64,000 bases of DNA. It comes from an uncultured Bacteriovoracaceae bacterium. Lineage in GTDB: Bacteria > Bdellovibrionota > Bacteriovoracia > Bacteriovoracales > Bacteriovoracaceae. Shown in pieces: positions 49,857 through 59,212 of the stretch. The translations under genes were made by a program, and so were the position numbers. How positions within the stretch are numbered: the first letter of the stretch is position 1; each line of letters starts with the position of its first letter. The notes under the pieces were generated by a model. The model had not been told where the DNA came from. It worked only from the letters and a program-made list of their open reading frames with translations, and searched no databases. The stretch is from NCBI GenBank assembly GCA_964012805.1, contig CAXGUD010000003.1:64001-128000 (forward strand), written 5' to 3'.

Positions 49857-50285
49857 AATATGCCTCCCTAAATTAAAGTAGGAAAAATAAAGAACAAAAA
49901 AAAGACTTTTATTTGAATCTTAGTTTTTAGAAACCCCGACTCAGTTATAGTTAAGTTCTTTTCCTCTGATCTTTCCCCTTTTTCCTTTAAACCCTATCTA
50001 TTAGGTTCTTTAATAAATCTACGCATAAGTGAAAACTAAAATTTCAATAAAAACATTTTAATTATACTTTTAAATTCTTTTTTTTGAGTATTTTCCAATT
50101 AAATTTATTTCTATTAACTAAAGAAATAATGATAAATTTTATGAAGATTCCTTAATAAAGTGTCAATAAGTTGATTTTATTGAGGACAATTTATTTTTTG
50201 AGTGAAAAAAAAAAACAGTTTTTTTATTTCGATAATCCAAGTTTTTACAAAAAATATTGGCCATATATGTCAGTTAGGAGTTCTA

Positions 50286-50303
50286 TGACACAAAAAAGTG
50301 TCA
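50286..50303. promoter_or_regulatory. Palindromic operator-like site
   Basis: TGACAC-AAAAAA-GTGTCA perfect inverted repeat in a 600-bp divergent intergenic region. Confidence 0.45.
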
Positions 50304-50458
50304 AAAACTTGAAATTGTTAAGATTTTGTAATGAAAGCTATTTTTTGTTCCGATCCCTTTTTATGAGCAGGATAATAAAAATAGGAATTTTTTTAACATA
50401 GGTTACTATTATAGAATCCCCTTAGTGGTGGAATTAATTAAGAGTAAGGAGGAGGCAT

Positions 50459-51838
50459 ATGCCTTCTACTCGATATTCGGATATTCGACAAATTATTGAT
50501 CTTTTTAGCAATGCTTTGAAAAGCCTTGATTATGATGTGTCTCCCGATGTAATAGAAAAATGGTCCCTCCTCGTTCATAGAGCTATGGATGGAGGTGGTA
50601 GGAGCTATCACGGCCCATATCATATCCTCCACCTGGCCCATGGAAGTAAGCCAATTGTTGCTCTATCCGCAATTTACCATGATATTGTGCAGGTTTCTGT
50701 TGATCATGGTGCTCCTCCTGAAATTTCGAATGTATTTGATAGCTTTGTAAGCATTGAAAATGGCGATTATATTCTTAAAGAAATTGATGTTACAAAAGAC
50801 AGACTCTTTTATTTTTCATCATTAATTTTTGGTGTTGATAAAGATAGTAAATTGAACCCTTTTGAAGGAAGAAATGAATTTTTAAGTTCATTAGTTTGTA
50901 TTGATCAACTAAGTGGTCATATTAAAGAGAAAGATATATTGAAAATATGTGTTTGTATTGAAGCAACAATACCGTTTAGAGGCATTGGAAGTGATGGAAA
51001 AGATCCACTTCAAACTGTTAGAGATAGACTATCACAATTAAATAGGAATTATGCTGTAGGTTTTTCTGAAGATGAAATAGATCAAACGATCTATAGAGCA
51101 ACTGAATTAGCAAATAAGGATGTAGACAATTTTTCTGAAGTTCTAGTAGAGAACTTTATCGAGAACACTTGGAATATATTACCTGAAAGTAGCCCTGCAA
51201 TGAGGTATCCGAATACCTTGAGGATCAAAGATTTTAGAAAAGCTTTACAGGGAATGGAGGGATTTCTTTCCAATTTAAAGACTGAAAGAGTATATTCTTC
51301 ATATAAAGGGTATCCACCTCAGAGTGAAATGGATTCTTTACTTGAAAGAACAAACAGTAACGTTTGTGTTGCCATCCGCTATCTTAGAATAAGAATTTTT
51401 GCTATTGCCATTCTTGAGGCGATTGCTGAATTAACTGGTGGAGATACTTCCCTTTCTCTGTTTCTTGGAGATATGTCAAACCAAAGGGGCACAGTCAGCT
51501 TAGATGATTTTCTTCCTCTGGAGGATGAGTTACAAAACAAAAAGAATTTGGATCCACTAATACTTAGATTTTTATCAATGGGCCATAGAGGTCATTTAAA
51601 ATATGAAATGAACTCGTGTCTTTACACATCAATTGTATACAGAGTGACTGGGGAAGATAGAATTCAAAAAGACTTCTTTTTAGTCAAAGATTATTTTCAA
51701 AATGATTTATCAGCAAAAGACTTTTTAAAAAATCAGGATAAATTTCTTATGTCTTCCCTTATTGATTCTTTATTAGAATTGGTATCAACAAGGGAAGATA
51801 AGCTTAAAGAATTAAAAAATATGGTAAATCAGGAATAA
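50459..51838 (+). CDS. HD-superfamily putative metal-dependent phosphohydrolase with long C-terminal region
   Basis: AGGAGG RBS; RSYHGPYH, AIYHDIV, NE, IEATIPF, ANKDV. Confidence 0.6.
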   Translation: MPSTRYSDIRQIIDLFSNALKSLDYDVSPDVIEKWSLLVHRAMDGGGRSYHGPYHILHLAHGSKPIVALSAIYHDIVQVSVDHGAPPEISNVFDSFVSIENGDYILKEIDVTKDRLFYFSSLIFGVDKDSKLNPFEGRNEFLSSLVCIDQLSGHIKEKDILKICVCIEATIPFRGIGSDGKDPLQTVRDRLSQLNRNYAVGFSEDEIDQTIYRATELANKDVDNFSEVLVENFIENTWNILPESSPAMRYPNTLRIKDFRKALQGMEGFLSNLKTERVYSSYKGYPPQSEMDSLLERTNSNVCVAIRYLRIRIFAIAILEAIAELTGGDTSLSLFLGDMSNQRGTVSLDDFLPLEDELQNKKNLDPLILRFLSMGHRGHLKYEMNSCLYTSIVYRVTGEDRIQKDFFLVKDYFQNDLSAKDFLKNQDKFLMSSLIDSLLELVSTREDKLKELKNMVNQE

Positions 51839-51886
51839 AAGAAGTCCATCGGTAAAAGATATATAATCAAATGATTTTCTTTTCAA

Positions 51887-53179
51887 TTATTCAATTTGAG
51901 ATCTGTAGAGAGTTGTTCCTCTAGCGACTTGGAAGGCTATAATTGAAGAAATTGTTGAAGAAAAGCCTATATTTGATCCAAAAATTTCAGCGCCCATAAC
52001 TGCTGCTGACATAGGAACATTCATACTAGCAGAAAGAATACCGCTCATACCAGCGGCCATAAAGCTATAATAGGTGCCTGAAGATGGGGGAATATTCAAT
52101 AAATGTCCAAAAGCAGCTCCTATCATGAGGCCCATAATAACGCTTGGACCTGCAAAACCAGCACTATAACCAGTTCCTACTGTTAGACAATTAGTGATTC
52201 CTTTAAGGCTTGCTAAAATGATGAGAGCAATAAAAATGAAATAGCGACCTTTTACATATTCAGGTAAATCAGGAAGTTCTCCATTGACCAGACTTTTGAA
52301 CATATTAAGACTTGTACCGAGTAAACCTTCTCCAAATAAGTAGGCTATAACGATAACTATTATTGCTCCCAAAACTTTGGAGCTAAAATTAAGTTGCTTC
52401 CTTTCAGAAACTGTGGAGACCCAGTGATAAAAATTAACATAAAGGATGGAAAAGTAACCACTGAAAAAACCAATTAATATGATCCATACAAGGTTTTTTA
52501 AGGGAAAAGTTTCAGTAGTTGACTGGAAGGGAAAGATTGATGTGAGGTCTAATCCTTTTGCAACAGCTGTTGTAAAGCAAGCTGCAAGTATGGAAGGAAA
52601 TAAGTCGAGGTATTTCATATTGGCCCTTTTTAATATTTCAACAGCAAAAAGGCCTGAACTTAATGGTGCATGGAAGACGGAAGCTACTATAGCTGAAGCT
52701 CCACAGATGACAAATGTTCTTTTGTCATCGTCATCAATTTTAAATTTTTTTATTAATTTTTGCCTACCTATAAATGAGGCAATACCACTATTAACTCTAA
52801 CAAGAGGGGCTACGATTCCTCCACTTAGATTAGTACCTAAGGTGACAAGGGCAGCGATGAATTTGAAGAAAGTAACTTTAATAGGGAGGTATCCAAATTT
52901 ATCGTTGACACTATTTAGATAGGAAAGAACACCCTCTTCAGATGATTCCGGGGAAAAATAGTAAGCTAAATATTTACAAAGGAAAGGTGCAAGAAAAGGA
53001 AGAAGTATAAAATAAGAATTAGTTTGCGTTGTAAAAAGATATATTTTATCTAACAGATAGACAAAAAGGTAAGTTATGGAAAGCCCTGTAACAGAAGCAA
53101 TTGCAGAAAAAATAATCCACTTTAGAATATAGTTTGCAGAGACTTTATTCAAACAAACCTTCTTGACCGTTATTAACAT
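51887..53179 (-). CDS. ClC-family chloride channel protein with atypical selectivity motifs
   Basis: KF....TLG...GG..AP, VFHAPL...FAVE, T.GTGYSAG..GP, NVPMSA...E, C-terminal LY; no CBS domains. Confidence 0.88.
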   Translation of the reverse strand: MLITVKKVCLNKVSANYILKWIIFSAIASVTGLSITYLFVYLLDKIYLFTTQTNSYFILLPFLAPFLCKYLAYYFSPESSEEGVLSYLNSVNDKFGYLPIKVTFFKFIAALVTLGTNLSGGIVAPLVRVNSGIASFIGRQKLIKKFKIDDDDKRTFVICGASAIVASVFHAPLSSGLFAVEILKRANMKYLDLFPSILAACFTTAVAKGLDLTSIFPFQSTTETFPLKNLVWIILIGFFSGYFSILYVNFYHWVSTVSERKQLNFSSKVLGAIIVIVIAYLFGEGLLGTSLNMFKSLVNGELPDLPEYVKGRYFIFIALIILASLKGITNCLTVGTGYSAGFAGPSVIMGLMIGAAFGHLLNIPPSSGTYYSFMAAGMSGILSASMNVPMSAAVMGAEIFGSNIGFSSTISSIIAFQVARGTTLYRSQIE

Positions 53180-53239
53180 ATATATTTTCGGTCAAAAAAG
53201 GTTTAGTTTTATAGCTCAATAGATTTATTTACATTTTTT

Positions 53240-56200
53240 TTAATGGATTATAATAGGCAGGTTACCCAAAAAGATACTTTTTCCAGTCGAATTTTTTACT
53301 TTTAAAAAAATGCTCACACTATGATTATGATCCCAATTTTTAAAGAAGCCCTGCTCAAAATTAATTTTATTGTGTCCAGGTCTTAAAGTTGTTGGTACCG
53401 ATAAAGGGGGCTGCTCATTTTTGAATTTTAAAGACATAATAAAAGGTTTTTCATGATTGGACTTTTTAAATGAGTCGAAGAAACGGCAATGAAATTGGAT
53501 TGAAGTAGCTTCCTTTAATATTTCGGCCGAAGCCTTATGTTCTGGTTTGTCCTCATTAGTTTTTAAGTTTGAAAAGGTCTTTCCCCACTTCGTATGTAAA
53601 ACCTTTTCGTCCTTATTTTTGAATGAATAAAGGCAGCCTTCTCTTTGGTAGGACCACTCTTCTGGATACAATGGTTTTATATCTATTGTGTAGTATCCTT
53701 TTTTTTCGAAATTAAAGGGAGAAGTTAGTGTTAATTCATTGTCTCCTGTAAAAGAAACATACTTTTCTTTAATAAACTCCTCTTTGGAATGTAATAAAAT
53801 ATCTCCCCTGATTATTTCCCTGTTTGATGAGGAAAGGAAAATTTGTTCTTTTCCTTTAATGAGAGCTTTTGAGCTTAGCTCTATTTTGATTGGTGTTATT
53901 TTAATATTTATTTTAGATGGCCTCGAAGTCCCCTTTAATCTAAAAAGACCAAGCTGGTAGTGGCCACCTTTTGTTGTTTTGAAAACAACTTGTGTATCCT
54001 CTTTAATATATTGAGATCCAGATTTTACTCCCTCAGGACCATAAAGTTTAAAGCCAACTCTTCCAGGAAAACTTTGATGCAGTTCGGACTTAAGTGTTAA
54101 GGCTTTAACCGATGGCGGAATATGAAAATGGAGCCTCTTGCCTTCTTCAGCCCTTAATTGCATATTCCACTCCATTTTATTTATTAAGGGAATATCATGA
54201 ATTAAAGTTATAGGAATCACTTTCAAGATTTGTCCACTTTTCTCCTCTAAAATTTTGATTTCTCCAAAAAGCTCATAGGTTGTTATGCTTTCAGGATTTG
54301 ATTTAAACTCCTTAAGAAGTTTTTCAAGATCTATGCCTATTGAAATAAATGAACTACCGGAGCTGATAAAGCTTCTTTTTGGTCCTTCAATCCATGGATG
54401 AGAATATTCGACTTTGATAGGTACTAAAAGTTCTGATTTTTTCGAGTCTAAAACACTTTTACTAGGAATACCCTTCAAGAGAATGCGGGATTCAATATAT
54501 GTCGAATCAAGCTCGGATGTTTTTAAAAGAAGACCTTTTTTTAAGTATCCGTTACTCGCCCTCAAATTATGTTTAATTTCATTAAAGAGCTCCCCGCTTA
54601 AAAAACGCTTATATATCGAAATGGCTTTTTCAATTTTGGGTAAACCGTAGCCTTGAGCTAAGAAGGGCGTATTTTTTAGTGGTGTAGCGCTTAACTTTAA
54701 AGCTTCAACGACACTTTTAACTTCTACAGGGAGGTTTAATTGTTTTAGGGAGGAGATGAGAACTGCAGCAAGCCCTCCAATTGCCGGGCTGGCAGAGCTT
54801 GTCCCACTAAAGGCCCTAAATCCCATGTCACTTGTTGAGTAGGTAAGAGACGCGAGGGGAGAGATAAGACTTGGTCCTAGTCCTCCTGATGGGCCTGGTC
54901 CTCGACTAGAGTAATAGGGGAGAAGGCCTTGCTCTGGTAAACCATCAACGCCGTGAACTCTTTCATAGAGGTCTTTTCCAGCAAACGCACCCACCACCAA
55001 AGAGTTTGGTGTGTAAAGACTTCTTCGGTTAAGACTTTTAAGGCCTGGTCCGTTGTTACCCGCTGAAAAGCATAGCACAAAATTATATTTTTCAATTAGT
55101 TTATCAAGGGCTTCTTGCATGAAAAGCTGATTTTTTTCAGATAAAAAATACAGGCTGTAACTAATATTAACGACATGGGCACCTTTTTCTCCAAGAAGAT
55201 CTAAGGCATTTAAAAAAGTAGAAAATGTATAGAAAGACTCTGATTTATCATGCGATGGTTCACCTAGGTCGTAATCAATTATTTGGCTTCCCGGTGCAAC
55301 TCCATCAAACTGATCGGCAATTTTATGTCCGGCCATAACCGATGCAACACCCTCTCCATGAGAATCTCCTCTACTTTCTCCTTCGTTAACCTTAAGAGTA
55401 TTATTTTCAGGATTAAACTCTGCTAAGAGGGCCACTTGTTTCTTTTTATCCCAGAAACCGTAATCCCCGGTATCATTAAATGGTGAGAAACATTCATCCT
55501 CTTCTTTTTTTTGATTAACGTTGGTATCTATACAAATTTTAAAAGGCTCTTTATTTTTTTCAAAAACCCAAACTTTAATTTTATCCTTTAACTTATTTCG
55601 GTTTAGGTCCGTGAAAAGATGATGAGATAGTAGTTTCTTTTCTTCATCAATAATCCCTTTCCAATACCTAGTGACATTACTTTCATAAAGTTCTTCAGTT
55701 TCTGTATTGAAATCTGAAGGAATAAGAGCAAACTGAAGTCCTGTTGAATTTGAAAAGTGGCCTATTATTTTTCTCAGACCAGTCGTTGTTTTTTGAAAGC
55801 CTTTTGCATGTGGTGAAATCCCATCATCAATGACTCCAACAATGACTCCTCTTCCATCCATCTCTGGATTCTTTTTCCAAAAAGAAGGCAAATTAAAGTC
55901 TTTTTTAGCGAGGAAAAAAGCGTCTTTTTTATGAGAGGTAGTGCTTGTTTTAGGTTTTTCAATAAATAGAGGGAAGTCATTTCCTAAAATTGATTCATCT
56001 GTGAAGGATTTTGTTGAGTTCAGCTCTTCCCATTTTTTTTCGAAACAACCTAGGGTTTTTGTAGTGCCTTCAACAATTGTGACAAAGTTTCCTTTTAAAG
56101 ACGTTTCGCAATGGGAGCTTATTTTTTTGAGGTAGGTCATAAGGTTGGAGTTAACACCGACAAAAATGCGCTTCTTTCTGAATGCTTCAGAAGAAGTGTA

Positions 56201-56284
56201 AGTTGTTTGACTTAGCGAGTAATTTTGAAAAAGGACAATAGATAATACTAAAAATATTTTTAAAGATAGGTTCAATTTTTTCAT
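53240..56284 (-). CDS. Secreted S8 peptidase, tripeptidyl-peptidase II-like
   Basis: ATG 56284 signal peptide; DGRGVIVGVIDDG, SHGEGVAS, GVAPGSQI, SAGNNGPG, SSRGP, FSGTSSASP. Confidence 0.85.
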   Translation of the reverse strand: MKKLNLSLKIFLVLSIVLFQNYSLSQTTYTSSEAFRKKRIFVGVNSNLMTYLKKISSHCETSLKGNFVTIVEGTTKTLGCFEKKWEELNSTKSFTDESILGNDFPLFIEKPKTSTTSHKKDAFFLAKKDFNLPSFWKKNPEMDGRGVIVGVIDDGISPHAKGFQKTTTGLRKIIGHFSNSTGLQFALIPSDFNTETEELYESNVTRYWKGIIDEEKKLLSHHLFTDLNRNKLKDKIKVWVFEKNKEPFKICIDTNVNQKKEEDECFSPFNDTGDYGFWDKKKQVALLAEFNPENNTLKVNEGESRGDSHGEGVASVMAGHKIADQFDGVAPGSQIIDYDLGEPSHDKSESFYTFSTFLNALDLLGEKGAHVVNISYSLYFLSEKNQLFMQEALDKLIEKYNFVLCFSAGNNGPGLKSLNRRSLYTPNSLVVGAFAGKDLYERVHGVDGLPEQGLLPYYSSRGPGPSGGLGPSLISPLASLTYSTSDMGFRAFSGTSSASPAIGGLAAVLISSLKQLNLPVEVKSVVEALKLSATPLKNTPFLAQGYGLPKIEKAISIYKRFLSGELFNEIKHNLRASNGYLKKGLLLKTSELDSTYIESRILLKGIPSKSVLDSKKSELLVPIKVEYSHPWIEGPKRSFISSGSSFISIGIDLEKLLKEFKSNPESITTYELFGEIKILEEKSGQILKVIPITLIHDIPLINKMEWNMQLRAEEGKRLHFHIPPSVKALTLKSELHQSFPGRVGFKLYGPEGVKSGSQYIKEDTQVVFKTTKGGHYQLGLFRLKGTSRPSKINIKITPIKIELSSKALIKGKEQIFLSSSNREIIRGDILLHSKEEFIKEKYVSFTGDNELTLTSPFNFEKKGYYTIDIKPLYPEEWSYQREGCLYSFKNKDEKVLHTKWGKTFSNLKTNEDKPEHKASAEILKEATSIQFHCRFFDSFKKSNHEKPFIMSLKFKNEQPPLSVPTTLRPGHNKINFEQGFFKNWDHNHSVSIFLKVKNSTGKSIFLGNLPIIIH

Positions 56285-56564
56285 CAGTTCTTTCCTTAAT
56301 AATTGATAGAAAAACTTAAAGCTGTTTTGTGCGTTAAAAACGCATTTTTTTCTTTTTTTTTGCTTGGTGCAAGGTGATGTGCACAAAGAGCTTTTTACGC
56401 ATAGATAAAGTCTAATAAAAATTTCTTTTTTTCAAGGCACAATAAGTTGTTATTGGCTGGCCCTTTTGCGAGAATGAGCCATCTTTATGGATGTTATTTC
56501 CTGTTTTTTATTATAAAAATAGGCATTTAATTTGTGTAGTAAAGTATCCAGAGGTTTGAAGAAA

Positions 56565-57989
56565 ATGTTGATTAAGTCCAAAGAAAAAATAACCAAAAAA
56601 TATGATGTCATTATTGTAGGGAGTGGTTTAGCGGGAATGACTGCTGCTAATAAGTTAGGTCGAAATGGAAGGAAAGTTCTTCTATTAGAGTCCCACAATA
56701 AGTTAGGAGGCTTCGCTACATGGTTTAAAAGGAGAGATGGCGATCACGTATTTGACGTTTCTCTCCACGGTTTTCCAGTTGGAATGATTAAAACTTGTAA
56801 ACGCTACTGGAGCAAGGAGATTGCCAGCGCTATTGTTCAATTAAAAAAGGTTCGGTTTATAAATCCAATGTATGATCTTGAGACCGAGTTTACAAAAGAT
56901 GACTTCAAGAGAAAGTTAAAAGACTTTTTTAAAATCGATGAAGAGAGCATTGAAGGTTTTTTTTCTGAGCTTGAATCTATGAACTTTTATGACCCACCAA
57001 AGCTTAATAATGGGGAATTATTTGAAAAGTTTTTTCCAGGTAGGAAGGATGTTGTTAGGTTCCTTTTAGAGCCGATTACTTATGCAAATGGTTCAAATTT
57101 GGAGGATCCTGCTATCACTTACGGAATAGTTTTTTCAAACTTTATGAGTAAGGGAGTTTTTACTTTTAAAGGGGGAACTGATGTTTTAATAGGAAAAATG
57201 AAAGATGAGCTTCTCTCAAATGGTGTCGATATAAAAATGCATGCTAAGGTTAGTGATATCGTTGTTGAGGATGGAAAGGTAAAAGGCGTAAAGTTAGGTG
57301 ATGACTTTATTGCCTCTAAAGCAGTTCTTTCAAACTCTAATATCATGTCAACAATTTTTAAACTTGTTGGTGAAGATCATTTTTCTGAGAACTATATAAA
57401 AGCATCGAGAAAAGTCAGACTTAATACGAGTAGTTGCCAAGTCTATATGGGGATACGTGAGGGGGAAAGTATTCCAGATGTTGGAGACCTTCTTTTTTAT
57501 TCGGAGGATTCAGAGTATAAGTCTGATTGGATACTCTCTCCAAAGGTTGGAAGCCAGACTTTTTCAATTTATTACCCTGAATGCAGGCCTCATCTCAATA
57601 ACAGGTACGCTGTTGTTTCTTCTTCAAATGCTCGTTACGAAGATTGGAAAGGTCTCTCCGATGAAGAGTATAAAAAACAAAAAAAATATATTGAGGAAAA
57701 GGCTTTAACCGCTATTGAGAAGCTTATTCCTGGAATAAGTCAAAAAATTGATTTCGTTGATTCTGCTACTCCTCTAACAGTAGAGAAATATACTTTGCAT
57801 GATAAAGGATCTTCCTTTGGTACAAAATTTGAGGGTCTTGATATAAGCATGAACATGCATAAAGAAATTGATGGTTTATTTCATAGTGGCTCTGTTGGAA
57901 TCATTATGTCTGGATGGCTTGGAGCAGCCAATTATGGTGTCATTCAATCTCATGAAGTAGAGGCATTTTTAGAAAAAGGTATGCAATAA
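56565..57989 (+). CDS. Phytoene desaturase (CrtI/retinol-saturase)-family FAD oxidoreductase
   Basis: ATG 56565 after GAGG; YDVIIVGSGLAG...E.H.KLGG..T.FKR....FD, FTFKGGT, SATPLT...YT....GS.FG. Confidence 0.88.
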   Translation: MLIKSKEKITKKYDVIIVGSGLAGMTAANKLGRNGRKVLLLESHNKLGGFATWFKRRDGDHVFDVSLHGFPVGMIKTCKRYWSKEIASAIVQLKKVRFINPMYDLETEFTKDDFKRKLKDFFKIDEESIEGFFSELESMNFYDPPKLNNGELFEKFFPGRKDVVRFLLEPITYANGSNLEDPAITYGIVFSNFMSKGVFTFKGGTDVLIGKMKDELLSNGVDIKMHAKVSDIVVEDGKVKGVKLGDDFIASKAVLSNSNIMSTIFKLVGEDHFSENYIKASRKVRLNTSSCQVYMGIREGESIPDVGDLLFYSEDSEYKSDWILSPKVGSQTFSIYYPECRPHLNNRYAVVSSSNARYEDWKGLSDEEYKKQKKYIEEKALTAIEKLIPGISQKIDFVDSATPLTVEKYTLHDKGSSFGTKFEGLDISMNMHKEIDGLFHSGSVGIIMSGWLGAANYGVIQSHEVEAFLEKGMQ

Positions 57990-58039
57990 AAATTTAAGTG
58001 ATTTTAGAGATTAAAACGTTGTAGATAAGGATAAAAATT

Positions 58040-58786
58040 ATGTTCAAATTCCAAAATCAAAGAATCATTATTACTGGAGGAACTAGGGGGATTGGAAGAG
58101 GCTTAAGTGAAGCTTTTTTAGAAGCCGGTGGAGAAGTTATAGCGACTTACACTAGTAATGATGAGGCAGCTGAAAAATTTAAGTGGGAAATGGAAAATAA
58201 ATTCCCTAAATCTCATATGGCGATCAGAAAATTTGATGTAAGCCGGAATGATGAGGTTGAAAGCTTTTTTTCATGGATAGACGAAAATTATTCTTCAATA
58301 GAGGTTTTGATTAATAATTCAGGCATTCGTAAGGATAATGTTGGTGCCCTCATGAGTGAAGAAGATTGGAAAAGGGTACTAGAAATTAATCTGGATGGAA
58401 CTTTTTATATGTCCAAGCAAGCGATTTTGCGGTTTATGAGAAAGCGCTATGGACGTATTATTAATCTAAGTTCTGTCGGAGGCAAGATAGGTTTGCCAGG
58501 TCAGGCTAACTATACAGCTTCTAAAGCGGCTCAAATCGCCCTGGCCAAGTCCCTTTCCAAAGAGGTTGCTAAAAAAGGGATAACTATTAATAGTATTTGT
58601 CCAGGCTTTATTGAAACAGAATTAATAAGCGATCTACCTGAAGATCAAATCTCAGCTTATAAAAAACAGGTACCTTTAAAAAGATTTGGAACAGTTGATG
58701 AAGTTGCTCACGGAGTTCTTTTTCTTGCCTCAAGAGAAGCTTCTTATATTACGGGGACCTCTCTCGATATTTCTGGAGGGTTATAA
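58040..58786 (+). CDS. fabG: 3-oxoacyl-ACP reductase
   Basis: TGGTRGIG, NNSGIRKD, GRIINLSSV, GQANYTASKA, PGFIETE. Confidence 0.9.
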   Translation: MFKFQNQRIIITGGTRGIGRGLSEAFLEAGGEVIATYTSNDEAAEKFKWEMENKFPKSHMAIRKFDVSRNDEVESFFSWIDENYSSIEVLINNSGIRKDNVGALMSEEDWKRVLEINLDGTFYMSKQAILRFMRKRYGRIINLSSVGGKIGLPGQANYTASKAAQIALAKSLSKEVAKKGITINSICPGFIETELISDLPEDQISAYKKQVPLKRFGTVDEVAHGVLFLASREASYITGTSLDISGGL

Positions 58787-58788
58787 TT

Positions 58789-59202
58789 ATGATGCCTGAG
58801 ATTTTAGATAGGATTCCTCAGAGGGCCCCCTTCTTATTTTTGGATAGAATTATAGAACTGGGTGAGGGCACCATTTGGGCACAAAAAGATGTAACTGGGG
58901 AAGAGGATTTTTTTAAAGGGCATTTTCCTGAAAATCCAATCATGCCAGGTGTTTTACTGCAAGAGGCAGCTTTCCAGGCCGGAGCTTTTCTTATGGGTGG
59001 GCAATCTGATGGACAAGTTGGTGTTGTTACTCGTGTTGATAAAGTTAAATTTCGTGGGCTTGTAAAGCCTGGTGAAACTCTTGATATTAAAGTTGAAAAA
59101 ACAGATGCTTTATCGAATGCTGTTTTTTTCAAGGGAAAACTTTTTGTAAAAGAAAAATGCGTTCTTTCCTTGGAGTTTTCTTGTGCTTTGGTAAATACAT
59201 AA
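58789..59202 (+). CDS. fabZ: 3-hydroxyacyl-ACP dehydratase, FabZ family
   Basis: IPQRAPFLFLD, FFKGHFPENPIMPGVLLQEA, KFRGLVKPG. Confidence 0.85.
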   Translation: MMPEILDRIPQRAPFLFLDRIIELGEGTIWAQKDVTGEEDFFKGHFPENPIMPGVLLQEAAFQAGAFLMGGQSDGQVGVVTRVDKVKFRGLVKPGETLDIKVEKTDALSNAVFFKGKLFVKEKCVLSLEFSCALVNT

Positions 59203-59212
59203 GGGGGCAGGA

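Noticed and set aside
50171..50401. 76-aa ORF in the AT-rich intergenic region
   Set aside because: TTG start, no RBS, F/K/I-biased, overlaps operator-like palindrome; probably spurious
52479..52922. 147-aa antisense ORF in ClC, and similar shadow ORFs in guaB, dnaE, fabZ and others
   Set aside because: Antisense or alternate-frame shadows of well-supported genes with no motifs
53185..53211. Sigma28-like TAAA-N15-ACCGAAAA on the minus strand before ClC
   Set aside because: Two mismatches in the -10 box and would imply a leaderless transcript; too weak
56565..57989. Carotenoid biosynthesis call for the CrtI-like gene
   Set aside because: No crtB/crtE/crtY in the window; neighbours are FAS-II genes
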